Position numbers and translations under genes: made by a program. The notes under the pieces are model-generated. The model worked only from the letters and a program-made list of their open reading frames with translations, did not search any database and was not told the DNA's origin. Positions 25,122 to 40,148 of a stretch of 64,000 nt of DNA are shown piece after piece. Location: positions 45,035-109,034 of the forward strand of contig CBFFRP010000232.1 in NCBI GenBank assembly GCA_965644295.1. The letters are read 5' to 3'. Origin of the DNA: Paraphysomonas bandaiensis (taxonomy: Eukaryota > Protista > Chrysophyceae). The stretch's first letter is position 1. Every line of letters starts with the position of its first letter.

Positions 25122-28100
25122 ATATCCAGCCGGCGTCAAAAGTCGTATCGGCAGACTGCATCATATATTTCGGATATAAATTGAAGCAAATATTATCTAT
25201 ATTACTGATATACAACTACAGCTTCAATACAGATAATTGTTGTCTCAAAATTAGAGGCATCTTGGAACAAAAATAAATAAAGGATGCCGATACGGTCCGA
25301 ACAATTCAAAAGTCCGAACAACCGTTTTTTGATGAAAAGTCCAAAAATGTCGTTCTAAACTCTCATTTTTATCTCGCTTCAGTGACATTGAAATACTATT
25401 AACACAACACTTGAACTGACCCGACACTGGGGACTTATCATTCTATGGCAATCATGGACCACTGGACACGAATATGCAATCAGATTTTCATTTCATTCAC
25501 TGCTTCTTTCAATATCGCAAGGTTTCCTATATCGTTCCAATTCATCGAGTACCCCTCACATCCGGCACCATTGCTCGAAATCCCTACATTGAATTTTCAT
25601 CATGAAGATCTTAAAGGTTTGTATACAGATGGACTCTCACATATATGAGTGCTGTGCAATTCCTACGACTTGTTTTTGAATAATGTCTGATTTGTGTTCT
25701 TTCAGTGACTTCTTTGCATGACTTCAAAAGCATACGAGAAGAGAACCGACAAGACGCCATAGACAAGCTCCAGGCAGCTAAATTTGCAAAAGCACAGTCG
25801 AAAGACAGTTATGGATCTGATGTTGACCTCAATAATGGTTTTAATTGGTGCAAGGTTGCGCAGTTGTGCAGTGTGAACCTGCACTGCTGAGAGCAAAATA
25901 TATCTCGAAGAATGCTCCTCAGGAAGCTACTTTTGTCTATCTATGCGTTTATACAGATTTCTGTCGAGGAGTGTTCTTCAGGTAACTCTTTTCTGTCAGA
26001 GCATATGTATTTATGATGAAATGTCTGTCTTTTAGAGCCAAGGACAAGTGAGAAAGAGGGTTAGTCCCCAGTCGTAGCTATACTGGCCATACCGCGTGGA
26101 CGGACGAAAGCGGTGCGGCCATCATGTCTGACGTGAGCTATGATGCCACTGCAACTGGGAACTCGTTCACTTCTGCGTCCGGCGGGATTTTTTTAAGACA
26201 CTGACCAGTGTAGGGGCTGTCAACAATCAGGAGAGGGCAACTTCCTTAAGGATCCCAAGGAGCCCTATACAAGTATTTGAATATGGTGTCCCATCGTATC
26301 GAGCCAAAGCCTTCCACAATCAATGCGCGAAGGCAGGAGGGCATCCGTGAGGCCTTCAATTTCGTATCCAGCGTAGCCATAGTAGGCGCCGTCTTAGGGG
26401 TATCATCCGAAAATCCTCAAGACAACCGATTTTTGCCCTGGAACAAGTCCAATTCGGACACTCACAACATTATGCTAGGGTTTCAGAAGCAGTGCAAAGG
26501 TATGTATCGTTGGCGATTTGTGGTTACTTTATTTTACAGAATTTTATCACAGAATATGAAGAAATTAATGAAAAGAAGCGTCCTCTCTGTCGCGATTGTC
26601 AAGAAGGAGAAGAAGACACGATCCGTAAAGTATACAGCCACCATGAGTGCAGAGTCTGCCCTACTTAGTCATATTGTAGTAATCCAGGGACGCTAATACA
26701 AGGATTTGAAGTGCTTCAACTTTGACATGAATGGATGGGTGCAGAATATTATTTTCCGTCCTGCACACAGGAAGAAACAGCATACTGAGAGCAAAACTAC
26801 AGATGACGATACAATCTGGGAGGACATGCATATGGAGGAGAGTGATGAAGAGCTATGCAGGGTTTGAAGGAAGTCGTAGGTAGTGATGAGGAGTAAGAAA
26901 TGGTTCAAGATTTTAAAGGAATATAAAAGTGGCGATGGGGAAGAATCAAACCCAAGCGGATGACCCTGACGACGGTAGCGTGTGTGTGCGTTGTGAATCT
27001 TGGTGCTGTTATACGTCATCAGAATGCTCAGAGATAATGCGCCGATACCGTGAAGAGTACCGCAGATAAAAATCATAGGTAGCGGGATTATGTTGTTTTA
27101 TTACCGCTAATTTATGATTGTTTTTCTTTTGGTAGTATAAACGTATAATCACTAATAACTATACGCCACTAACTAATTATTTTGCGATGTATAATACAAA
27201 TCGCAAAGCTGGTACTACTATCAAACAATTTTATCTAACCACCGTTTGCTATCATGATACAACAGCCTACAGCCTGGCTAGCTACAGCTACAAACTCAAG
27301 AGAGTGGAGCTTACAGAAACAAAAGTTGAGGAATAAAGCAGCTCAATTATTAGGTTTCCTTCCAGAAGTAATGAGAATGCATGTATTCAGAAGTCAACTA
27401 CAATTATGTAGGTAGTACTAGCTAGTGATTGTGTGTGTGGGGTGTGGGGTTAAGAGTCAGAACTAATGTTGCTCTGACTCTTCCACTATTATTGCTAATA
27501 ATAAGACATTCACTACTGATGCTTGTGTGCTGAATCCAGAATGATGCCATGGCAAAGGTTCAGAGGTACAGTGACATTATACGATCAAAAACAATCCCAC
27601 AATCCATAGTAATAATTTCAAATCAGTATCGTTACTTTATTAATTGCTAGTATGCACAACTGAAATACATGCGAGCTTAATATTATTATTGTACCGTAGT
27701 AGCTTCTATTAGTTAGTGTATTACTTGCATATGGTAGTAGCCACTGTATGGACAGCAAGAACACATTATACTACTTCATGATGCCTATAATCTAGAATTG
27801 CATAGTTATTTACAATTATAATTTAGTAGCAATACTGCGGTCTACAGAGAATCACACCACAAGGCATATGGCATATCACAAGTATACTTGGGCATATTCT
27901 TAGGGTTACCATCAGCGAGAGGGCCCATGTGCTTAAAAAATTGCACACTTGAATGTTGACACTACTTATACTCATTGGTGTCTCTATGCAATCTCCGTCA
28001 GGCACAGAAGTAGACAACAAAACAGAAAGAGTTTCCTCATTCGCCTAACCAGCAAGAATGAACACACCCGCTCCGTTCTTCCAATTCTTGTGACCCGAAT

Positions 28101-28836
28101 TGCTACAATTACCATTCGTCAAATTCTTATAAAATAGATTGTTCCTCATAAATCTGTATAAACGCATAGATAGACAAAAGTAGCTTCCTGAGGAGCATTC
28201 TTCGAGATATATTTTGCTCTCAGCAGTGCAGGTTCACACTGCACAACTGCGCAACCTTGCACCAATTAAAACCATTATTGAGGTCAACATCAGATCCATA
28301 ACTGTCTTTCGACTGTGCTTTTGCAAATTTAGCTGCCTGGAGCTTGTCTATGGCGTCTTGTCGGTTCTCTTCTCGTATGCTTTTGAAGTCATGCAAAGAA
28401 GTCACTGAAAGAACACAAATCAGGCATTATTCAAAAACAAGTCGTAGGAATTGCACAGCACTCATATATGTGAGAGTCCATCTGTATACAAACCTTTTAA
28501 GATCTTCATGATGAAAATTCAATGTAGGGATTTCGAGCAATGGTGCCGGATGTGAGGGGTACTCGATGAATTGGAACGATATAGGAAACCTTGCGATATT
28601 GAAAGAAGCAGTGAATGAAATGAAAATCTGATTGCATATTCGTGTCCAGTGGTCCATGATTGCCATAGAATGATAAGTCCCCAGTGTCGGGTCAGTTCAA
28701 GTGTTGTGTTAATAGTATTTCAATGTCACTGAAGCGAGATAAAAATGAGAGTTTAGAACGACATTTTTGGACTTTTCATCAAAAAACGGTTGTTCGGACT
28801 TTTGAATTGTTCGGACTTTTGACGCCGGCTGGATAT
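25122..28836. mobile_element. Long-TIR (foldback/Mutator-like architecture) DNA element, degenerate interior
   Basis: Arms 25122-25960 (interrupted by a MITE) and 28150-28836 are near-perfect inverted copies of about 687 bp. Termini are atatCCAGCCGGCGTCAAAAG and CTTTTGACGCCGGCTGGatat; the 2.2-kb interior has broken ORFs. Confidence 0.85.
25144..25294. mobile_element. 151-bp MITE nested in the left TIR
   Basis: Perfect 10-bp TIR CGTATCGGCA/TGCCGATACG with a 2-bp GT duplication. The right arm shows the empty site aaaaGTccgaac. Confidence 0.85.
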
Positions 28837-29076
28837 CGCTGAGGAGGAACACAATCTCCACTTCAACTCCCCCCCCCACTCCCATACAAAAAAGACCCGT
28901 TTTTCTGGACTTTCTGCTGGGATTGTTGTTGTTTGGGTTGAAAGTCTGCTGTATTTGAAACCGGTTGGCTGGTTTGAAAAGTTTTGAATTTCGGATGTGT
29001 TAAGCAATAGCATCAACTTGATATAGATTCACTTAAATATTATTCTTGGTATATATAACAGATACACAGATACAAT

Positions 29077-31062
29077 ATGCACAAGTTTTGGAGACAAATA
29101 TCTACTCCAAGACCATTCATTTATGTGCGGTTCCCTAAATATATAGAGGAGTATGTAAGAAAAAAGGAAGCAGGCCGTTTTTCAAAGCTATTTGCTCATC
29201 CAGTTGTCAGTACTCTCTTTGGCGGTGTGATGACTATCAGTGGAGGCTTTCTATCCATGTGGTGGGTTAAAGAACAAGAAAAGGAGCAGAACGAAAAAAT
29301 AGATAATGAATTGTACCTGACACAATGCGAATCACTGAAAAAACACATATTGTCTGCTGAGAAAAGTCTAATTCATTCAAGAGAGTCGTTTGTACGTGGT
29401 ATGGGCAAAGATGTAATACATGTTGCATTAGAAAAATCTCATAGAGAAGCCCAAAAGGCTTTGGAAATATATGATGGGCTTTCAACTGCTCGACAGGAAC
29501 AATTCTCGAAAGACCCAGGGTACAACAACGCGTCCCTGGTTCACTTGATAGCGCATATTGAATATCACATTGGTTCGTTGTTATTAAAAGAATTTGATTG
29601 TACAAATGCCAAATTAGAACTTGCACGCTCTTTGGCTAACCGTATTGCAATCGGTGACGACGGGCAACACGTCAATAATGAAATATATCGCAGTAAAATT
29701 AAAATTGCCGATGCGTTAAGCCAGTCCCGGGAATTAAGCATTGCACTAAGGTTATATGATGATATAGCTGCACCAATGATGCATTCCCATTTATTGTCTA
29801 CATTTTGGAAAGCAAGAGCATTGAATAATATGGCAATTGTTCACTTCGCCATTGGGCGTGATCAGCAGGCACTTGACGGCATGACGAAGACGGCGGAAGT
29901 AGTTTCAGATTTTTTGAACGAAGTAAATGCGATAGCACCAAACTCCGGAGATGTCATTGCTGACATACAGCGACTAAAAAAAATGTTAGTGGAGAATAAA
30001 AAATCTCCTGGCACGCTCCCTTGTAAACAGTTTTGTGATTTAGTTTCCCTGGGTTCCGTGAGTACAGTTGATATTTTGCATTTGCCACATATTACAGAAC
30101 TTATTGAAGATAATGAAAAGACGATAAAAAACTTGAAATCTGTGTTCAATGACCATCATGTCGCCGTATTTGCCTATGAATGCTTGGAACGAATTCGTTT
30201 AATTACACGAAAGCAATGCACAGCTGCCGCGAACTGTGTGAACATTCAATCATGTCCTTATTCTGATATCGTTCCGTCGGCTGTTTCTTTGGTTGAGCTG
30301 ATGAAAAAACTATTCGAGTTGCCATGCAATGATAAATTATACAAGGAGCTTGACGGTGAATGGGTCCGACAAGAAGGCAGTCTGAGGATGCTTTCAGCTA
30401 TTTCTTCGGGAATGATAACATTACTGGATATCGAATTACGAAAGTCTGGAAGTTCAATGAAGACAGAAAAATGGACTATGTTTTTAGATTCACTGACTGA
30501 ATCGCTTGTGAAAAAATCTAATTCATATGTAAACCAAGTTCCTGATATTCACAGGGCTTATGCCAATTTTGTAAGAGCTCGGTTTTTAATATTAGTGGGG
30601 AGAAATGATGAAGCCAAAAAGGAACTTGCACATATTCGAGACTGGACACTTCACGAACAAGAAATTGCCAGGAAGAAGTTAAAGCGTTTGCAAGCAGATG
30701 GAGTCATGTGGCCTCAATCAGGCGTTCCTCCGCGTCATGCACGACTTCAGGTAACCAGCCTTTTAATGTTTATGAGTTTACAACCCGAAGGATATTCCCA
30801 AGATGATAAAGCAGCTCTCGATTTTGCTTTGGAATCGTTTCATATGGAAAGCGATGAACACCCTCTGTTAAAAGCTGCTAAGACCGTGAAAAACGATTCA
30901 AGTTTTCACTGTTCCTGGTTCTTGAAAATTCCTTCTCAGTCTGCATGCGCAGTCCCAGGAACATCGGTGCGTGAGGATGATAGTTTAATTGACTACAATC
31001 AATTGCTAATTGATGCTGAGGTATCTGCAAAAAAGTGGGAAAATCTGTCAACAAAGCATTAG
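29077..31062 (+). CDS. Uncharacterised 661-aa protein with N-terminal TM segment and TPR-like helical repeats
   Basis: Long intronless ORF; TM STLFGGVMTISGGFLSMWWV; TPR-like ARALNNMAIVHFAIGRDQQAL. Confidence 0.7.
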   Translation: MHKFWRQISTPRPFIYVRFPKYIEEYVRKKEAGRFSKLFAHPVVSTLFGGVMTISGGFLSMWWVKEQEKEQNEKIDNELYLTQCESLKKHILSAEKSLIHSRESFVRGMGKDVIHVALEKSHREAQKALEIYDGLSTARQEQFSKDPGYNNASLVHLIAHIEYHIGSLLLKEFDCTNAKLELARSLANRIAIGDDGQHVNNEIYRSKIKIADALSQSRELSIALRLYDDIAAPMMHSHLLSTFWKARALNNMAIVHFAIGRDQQALDGMTKTAEVVSDFLNEVNAIAPNSGDVIADIQRLKKMLVENKKSPGTLPCKQFCDLVSLGSVSTVDILHLPHITELIEDNEKTIKNLKSVFNDHHVAVFAYECLERIRLITRKQCTAAANCVNIQSCPYSDIVPSAVSLVELMKKLFELPCNDKLYKELDGEWVRQEGSLRMLSAISSGMITLLDIELRKSGSSMKTEKWTMFLDSLTESLVKKSNSYVNQVPDIHRAYANFVRARFLILVGRNDEAKKELAHIRDWTLHEQEIARKKLKRLQADGVMWPQSGVPPRHARLQVTSLLMFMSLQPEGYSQDDKAALDFALESFHMESDEHPLLKAAKTVKNDSSFHCSWFLKIPSQSACAVPGTSVREDDSLIDYNQLLIDAEVSAKKWENLSTKH

Positions 31063-31736
31063 AATACGAGCCTTACCATTTACCTTCACACCACTTTCAC
31101 AAATATTTGGGATAAGACCAAAGTAGTAATAATTAAACAATTCTGAAGCAACGCTCTTCTCTTTATCAGTGACATAAATCAATGAAATTTATGGCGAGAA
31201 ACTGTTGGGGGAAATCATAATCCCTTTTATCATACTTTAAAGTAACTCGTTTAAATCGCATCACTTTCCTTCCTGTCATATTTCATTTCGTCAATGAGAA
31301 CTTGCAGTCTCTGTTTTTATTCTTCTCTATTTCTCACATCTTCAGGACTTTTAATTAAAACTTCTACATATTTATATGTATGCATAACAACATAACCAAT
31401 ACCTCATGCTGCAAAAATTATGGCACAAGAGCCAAAAACAAATCGTTTATTTGTCGGCCAATTTTCGATTACAGAACGTCTTTTTGATCGATTTCATATT
31501 TTTTTCAAAATCCTTTACCTCCTTTGCATCTTTGGATGGTTTCATTTTTAAATATATATATTGTCACACACACAAAGTATGTATAATTATTTAACTACTG
31601 TTAAAAATCCAGTCTCACTTGTCTTTTGTTGTGTGTACTTTATCAATGTTTTGGTTAACTAATTTGTAATACTAGTTGCAATGTGGTGTTGATGTGTGAG
31701 CATCAATTAACCCTAACGGCACCCTCAGTCTAACGG

Positions 31737-34217
31737 AAACATGCACAAAAGAAGTTCTAGAATACAAATACCATCGCTTATTCAAAGCTGTAGGGAGGCG
31801 GTCAAATCTATCTCCAAAGGCGCTTCATAAGTTTCACATGCTGCACAAAGTGTTCAAAGGAGCGGAAGGAGGAAACAAGTTCAGTGCCCACAATATGGTT
31901 GACACACTCAGAAACTGTTTTGAAGGAAGTCAGCGGAACAAGATCGGTGATCTTCTAACTCAGAAAGGTTTGAATTACTGCTGAAAGAACTTCAGGCCCT
32001 GGATCACACAGTCACTGAGGGATCAAATATCACTCGGCTTAAGCAAGAATTAGTATCCTTGTTGCATTAAATTGTGGTTACTATATGTTACCTGGTGACA
32101 TGTCGTGCTCAATACCCTTCTTAGAGCAATATTAATACCTTTTCAAAGGGAGTTGATGTTCTCTCCTTCTTGCGAGGATTCTCACTAAACTACACCTCCT
32201 CCGTGCTCTCGCTTCCTCTCAACTATTCTCTTGCCTGCCATTGTGTCGTCGAATGTTCGATCTTCCTGCACAACACTTGGTACGTATTATCATGAGGGGG
32301 TAACAAGTACAATATTCTTCACTTGCTAATCCTTCCCGAAGTCATTCGTATAGTATACTAGGTACTGTGCAAGCATGAATCATGACACTGAAAAGTTCAA
32401 GTCTTTCTCGAATGATACAGGATACATGGAGGAGGGGGAAACTGACACAGCCTTTCTTAAATAGAATAAGTAAACTTCGAACTTGGAATGACTACTCAAT
32501 ACTGAAGAGATATTGTCTACTGGAAAAAGATACTAACTGTATGACAGAAGGTAACCTTGTTATATCTTGTACCTTATTCTTCTAGGTTACTAGGGACACA
32601 CTTTTCTAGAACTGAACCTTCATAAACACTAAAAGTATAGTATATAATATATCCAACGCCTCATCCTGTGTCCTTCTGCTGGCATATTACTTATCGAAAC
32701 TTTTATAATATAAAACGTTTTATATATTATTTTCATAACTGGTAACGCATACTACACCATAGATTTCTTCTTTTCAATTAATGTTAATTTGTTATCCAGT
32801 CTCGAAAACTCAAGGGATAGAGTTTCCACCTGTTACACAACAGACACGTGTCACGATGTGCACTAGTCAGAGATGTATGCGGCCTTACCAGGGTGTGATA
32901 GATGTCCACAAACTCATCTAAGTCTTTGGTTTGTGCTTGCAACCTTAATAGTAGTACTAATAAGTATAACATAGAGCAGCTGACGAATATGGCTACCTAT
33001 CTGTCAAAGCAGAAATCTTGTTGTCTATAGCTTGCAACCTTGTCGCACATGATGGAATATCTGGACACAACATTATTACTTATTTACCATCGTAAACTAA
33101 CATACCTTGTAAAAATGGCTGGCTAACAGCAGGATCGAGGCGCTCTATCTCTTGCAAGTACTGTACACTTCTCAATATGCTGTCTCTGAAGTTGATTTCA
33201 GTCAGTTTAATAGTACACAATATACTTCAACTAACCTCTCATTTAATAGACTTAATACTTTATCTTCTGTTTGACTCAATGAAAACTTTTGACGAAATAA
33301 TGCAGGCCCAATCTTGCTTACTACATACAGAGTAAGACCATCAATGATCACACTATAGTTATTACCTAATTCCGAACACACTTTCATATTGGGTATTATT
33401 TGATAAGTATTATCAATTTTATTTTGAAGATCTTCAAGTCTGTTATATAGAGATACATTACTAACATGTGATCAGATTAGTGTCTGTGTGAGACCTCTGT
33501 TTCATATCAAGCGACTCCTGTAGTTTCCTTCTATTGCCAAGTAATAGTTGATGTAGACGATCTACACGTATTTCTAATGTATCAGACATTGTTGATATTG
33601 AATATTATTAACAGAGGTGTGTATGTGTGTGTGTTGTGATAGGAGTTAGATAGCTATGCACTTAACTATCAGACCACTTGCAATATACGCACAAGTACAT
33701 ATACCACTATACACTATACACTATACCATACTGTGTACTGCTACACTGCACACTTACAGGGATATAGAGAGAGTGTACTGCTGTAGATGTACGTGTATAC
33801 TATTGTGTACTGCTGTACATAATAGCATACATTCCAACCATATCAACAATATGTCCACAGCAGCAGCACGCATGTGATACCTACAAGCAACTCGCTCTAG
33901 ATATTATATGATTCACTGCTATTCCAGGCGCCTCGCAATTAGCTTAATCTGACCATCATCACGCTCGATAGTGAGACCTAAAGAATGCTTAAGGTCACCC
34001 AAGTGGAGTACATGCTGCACACCTTAGACGAGGAATCTTCCTCAATATGCAGATATAGATACAGAGAATTCAGATGCAAGCTATATGACTGCATTGACCA
34101 CTACATACTGTATAGGCAAAAATAGATGAGACGAAACAGCCCCTAGAAGCTAAAACTTCCTGGTAATGATGAAGACCGATCATCCGATTGTGTCTATATA
34201 ATATATATAAGATAGGC
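31737..34217 (+). repeat. Segmental duplication, copy 2
   Basis: Colinear with 22158-24408; carries an extra block of about 220 bp at about 32100-32325. Confidence 0.95.
32752..33589 (-). CDS. DCTN3: Dynactin subunit 3 (p22/p24)-like protein, copy 2
   Basis: Same 838-bp span and splice sites as copy 1 (offset 9769). One visible amino acid change (AVNQP to AVSQP). Confidence 0.78.
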
Positions 34218-34946
34218 GTGTATAATATAGACGCATTGTACTGCCTGATTACTGCTCGATTATTGTACAATCTACCATAGCTCCAATGCGATCACTGATT
34301 GGGATTATCTCATAGCTTGTGTGAGTCTTGTGGGACTAGCAATCTTCAGTTCTTTGGTCTTTTCATGAGCCGTGATGGATATGTTAGTCTGGCTTGTGCG
34401 TATAATGTATAATGTCACAACTGAAAATGCTTTTGTTAATTAACGCCTCAATACATAACTAATGAAAAGAATTTATGCAATAGTGATTGATATTGTTGAT
34501 TACATTGAACTTAGGCTAGTTCACTCATCTCTGCTATTTCATTTGCTACCCTTCCTATAACTCTAAAGGTAACATTCATAGTCTTGCAGAGATTGTTGTA
34601 AGATCAGCGGTGGTAAAATTAATATATGAATTGAGTTTCAAAAGTTATAGAACGGGCTAGATTGAGTTTCGCACTTCTTGTCCAATACATATGTAGCTTT
34701 ACTTTTCGTATATCAACTGTAAGTTGACACAATTCTTTGTCTGTTGACCTACTGTGAAAAATAGTTTTCTACTTTCACTTCCACTGCATTGTAGCTGTAA
34801 CGAATGTGTATCTTGGATATTTTGAAAGAGAAAAGATGCACACACAATACTTTGAGGTGGAATTATTATATCCCAAATACAATCTCTGTGTTATTACTTT
34901 TGAAACTGAGAAACCGACGACTAGTCAGGTACACTTCAAAGCATAA

Positions 34947-35913
<967 letters not shown>

Positions 35914-36436
35914 GGTAAAGAAAGAAATAGTTGATGAGTGGGTTTGATAGACAGGATATTGTGTGTATTACTACAATGAATTGAAACAATAATAAATCTA
36001 CATGTCGACAGGGCCGAACACTGTATAGAACACTACCATACCACATGCTCGTACATACATACTATGCGAATCCCACTGTATCTGTACGTATACATGCATA
36101 TATATGTATGTATCCAGAACGGTATCTTCACATGTACGTATTCTTGCACTCCATCTCGTTGCATTTGCATTCCTGTTTTTGGTATACGATATGAGGCTGG
36201 AAATTCTCCATATACATACATATGTATGTATGTGCAGCAGTACGTACCACTATATGCTGTGTCTGCATGTCTGCATGTATGTATAGAAATACAGCAGTAT
36301 CTATCGATGCATCAAATCAAGGTCTTGAGGTTGCAAGATTGGTATGCAGACATCCCTGCATATAATCACTATCACGTGAATAACAAGACATATTTGTGAT
36401 TTAATTTCAGTGTTTCATTTTCAAAAAGTAATTAAC

Positions 36437-37516
<1,080 letters not shown>

Positions 37517-37602
37517 ATATGTGATATTTTTCATTGATGGAATCGCTCTTCAATAAGTAGTATTTCTACTTTATTTATTGTACTGTATATTTATCTTTTA
37601 GA

Positions 37603-37884
37603 ACAGGTCTAGGGAACAATATATTGCAATACAATAGTTAGATAGCGCAGGGATAGGGAAAATATATTGCAATACTATTGTTAGATAGCGTTCCATCAAT
37701 AGTATTGATGTATTGATTATTGATGGAGTTCTTAAACCGGCCCTACAATACACAATACTATTGCAATATTTTGTGAGCTGCTTTAACAGAAACAATATTG
37801 ATGCAATATTAGACCAACCCACCAATCAATATATTGTGCCCTTTACAATATATTGTTCCCTATCCCTGTTGTGCCCTATCCCTG
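37603..37884. mobile_element. MITE-like element with CAGGG-type (hAT-like) ends, duplicated termini
   Basis: cagggatagggaaaatatattgcaa (37648) and a related end at 37603 are inverse to caatatattgttccctatccctg (about 37846-37868); extra ccctatccctg at 37874-37884; internal aatattgcaata subrepeats. Confidence 0.65.
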
Positions 37885-39125
37885 ATTATCATTAATCACC
37901 ATTTACATACATGTGTACATTTACAAACACTAGTCATTAAGATCCCACTGCGCCGGAAAACTAAGTCTCCCTTCTGCTTAGCTAGTCACATTTTTTTTTC
38001 ATACTCATTCTCTTAGTGTAAAACATAATATTGGTATTCTTCGTCGCATGATTTTTAGTTAGTGGTTGTACTGATATAAAACTTCACAGTCAGCTGTTTG
38101 TTTTATCTTTCAAGTATATTTACCGACACATTCAGCACGGCACTAATTAACGGATAGTTAAAAATAGTTCAATTTATTTAAATACATGATAAAAATTCAA
38201 AGAAAACTGTTGTACAACTCTATAGTTGGGCAAAAAAAATCCAAATCATCATTTCATATAACATGTTCTACGCGATAGTGGAATTATTAAAATTGACGAC
38301 ATCGCGGCGAAGTGTTAAAAAAGTATGCGTCACATTTAGAAATGCTTTTACAGAGGGTGTGTCTAAAGGAATTAACGAACGTAGACATTATATGATCAAT
38401 AAAACTATAGGAAATGTTCTTCAACAACTTCATCACTCAATTGTAAGGATGATTAAGCCGTTTATGTTATTCAAGATATGTACAAGTATTGGCGATCCAA
38501 ACATGACACGGAAGCAAACACCCGAAACCCTGTTTCAAATACACATTCATGAGCGGAAGAAGTCACTACACTGCAAAGATACCGCAATACGCGGAACAAT
38601 ACAGCCGACATGCATAGAAATGCACATTACGATTCAAACAACATGAAGACGGCTCATTACATTGGGGCAAGCAGCTTCTACGTATATATCAACCTGCTCT
38701 AGTTCTATTTATATACCTAACAGTTAAGGCGTCTCGTGGTGTTTAATTTCTACTAGCAAGTATTTTCACGTATAGAAAGCGCGTATTTTTAGAAATAAAA
38801 TGTAAAAAAAACTGATAATTTCACCTTTTTAATAAGAATGGGGCATTTTTAGAAAGATCCACCCAACATTATACACCAAATACCTCTGCCTCCTATACAT
38901 ACCACTTTTATACTTGTATACTTGTATACTCCGTAGACCGGTCATCGTTTCAACGTATCTGTGACGGTTCTACACTCAGCTGCTGTACATGTATGTGTAT
39001 ATGTACACTGCCAGTAGCTGACAGTTACCTCCACATATACATATACATATATATATACACGACTATCTGTTCATAATCATAGTTTAAATAATCACCTTTA
39101 ATAAGGACACCTTATCATAGTAAAT

Positions 39126-40148
39126 ATGTCTGATCAAAACAATCGGAGGGCTGTAAAGCTCACGAAGACATTAATTATGTCATCGACAACAATGTCGAAG
39201 ACTAGAACAGAGACACTGGAGCATTTTCTCGCCCATATCACTCACTTGCATTTACAGGCAAAGAGGATACGCGTTATTGAGAACTTAGAGTGTTGTGCCA
39301 ACTTGAAGGTTCTCTATCTTTACGACAATAGAATAGAAAAAATAGAAAATTTGAATTTCGCGAAAGGCCTCTCTTACTTATACCTCGAAAACAACTGTAT
39401 CAGTAAAATGCCTAATTTCACGAATACCAAATTAAAGAAACTATTCCTCGATGAAAATGAAATTCGCGTTGTTGAAGGACTTAACAACTGCCGTGAATTG
39501 TCAACTCTATCTGTTGCTCGCCAGAGACTTCCGAAACTGACACCACTGTCGTTTCAACGTTCATCGTTGGATGCTATCAGTGAAACACTTGAAGTTCTGG
39601 ATATATCAGGAAATAATATATCTGAACTTGGCCCATTTCATGTCCTCTTCAGACTGAAAAAGCTATTTTGCTCCGATAACAATATATCTGATGTTGGAGA
39701 AATTGAAGGTATAGTTAGTTTGAGGGAGTTGTCAGAAATTAATTTCAAGCGTAACCCGTGTTGTACCTTGCGAAGGTACAAAGATTATGTCATTGGGGCG
39801 GCCTCTGATGCGCTGCGTATGTTTGATGATGTGCCTATTACACAAAAAAATATTGATGCCATTCGTGGCATCCAAAAACTGCGGAGGAAGATTGGGTTAG
39901 TTGATGGCTCACAGTCAATGTCCGTGGACAAGTATGAGGATGTACAGCAGTTCGAACCATCACAATCTCACGATGAGAGTAGCTACGCGCATAGTAGCAA
40001 ATTTGATCAACCAGAGGAGGATGGACAAGATGCCGATGATGGAGATGAAGGAGATGGAGAACAAAAAGAGTATGTCGACGATCAGAGTCTAACCTCAAGT
40101 AATGGTGGTCAAGTGGTGGAATCAGAATTTACAATGTCGCAATATTAA
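39126..40148 (+). CDS. PPP1R42: Leucine-rich repeat protein, protein phosphatase 1 regulatory subunit 42 (LRRC67)-like
   Basis: SDS22-type LRRs (ITHLHLQ, LKVLYLYDNRI, LKKLFLDENEI..VEGL) with the QRLP..LSF..SL insert, then an acidic tail. Confidence 0.75.
   Translation: MSDQNNRRAVKLTKTLIMSSTTMSKTRTETLEHFLAHITHLHLQAKRIRVIENLECCANLKVLYLYDNRIEKIENLNFAKGLSYLYLENNCISKMPNFTNTKLKKLFLDENEIRVVEGLNNCRELSTLSVARQRLPKLTPLSFQRSSLDAISETLEVLDISGNNISELGPFHVLFRLKKLFCSDNNISDVGEIEGIVSLRELSEINFKRNPCCTLRRYKDYVIGAASDALRMFDDVPITQKNIDAIRGIQKLRRKIGLVDGSQSMSVDKYEDVQQFEPSQSHDESSYAHSSKFDQPEEDGQDADDGDEGDGEQKEYVDDQSLTSSNGGQVVESEFTMSQY

Noticed and set aside
27452-27515. Hairpin aagagtcaga..tctgactctt plus taagacattcacta, partly echoed at about 46170-46225
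   Set aside because: Probably a small dispersed repeat, but too short and diverged to classify.
31100-31600. Coding-like minus-strand remnant downstream of the 661-aa ORF
   Set aside because: Many stops and no assignable family.
38263-38646. 127-aa ORF and possible minus-strand gene remnant
   Set aside because: No recognisable motif on either strand; multiple stops in the coding-like frames.
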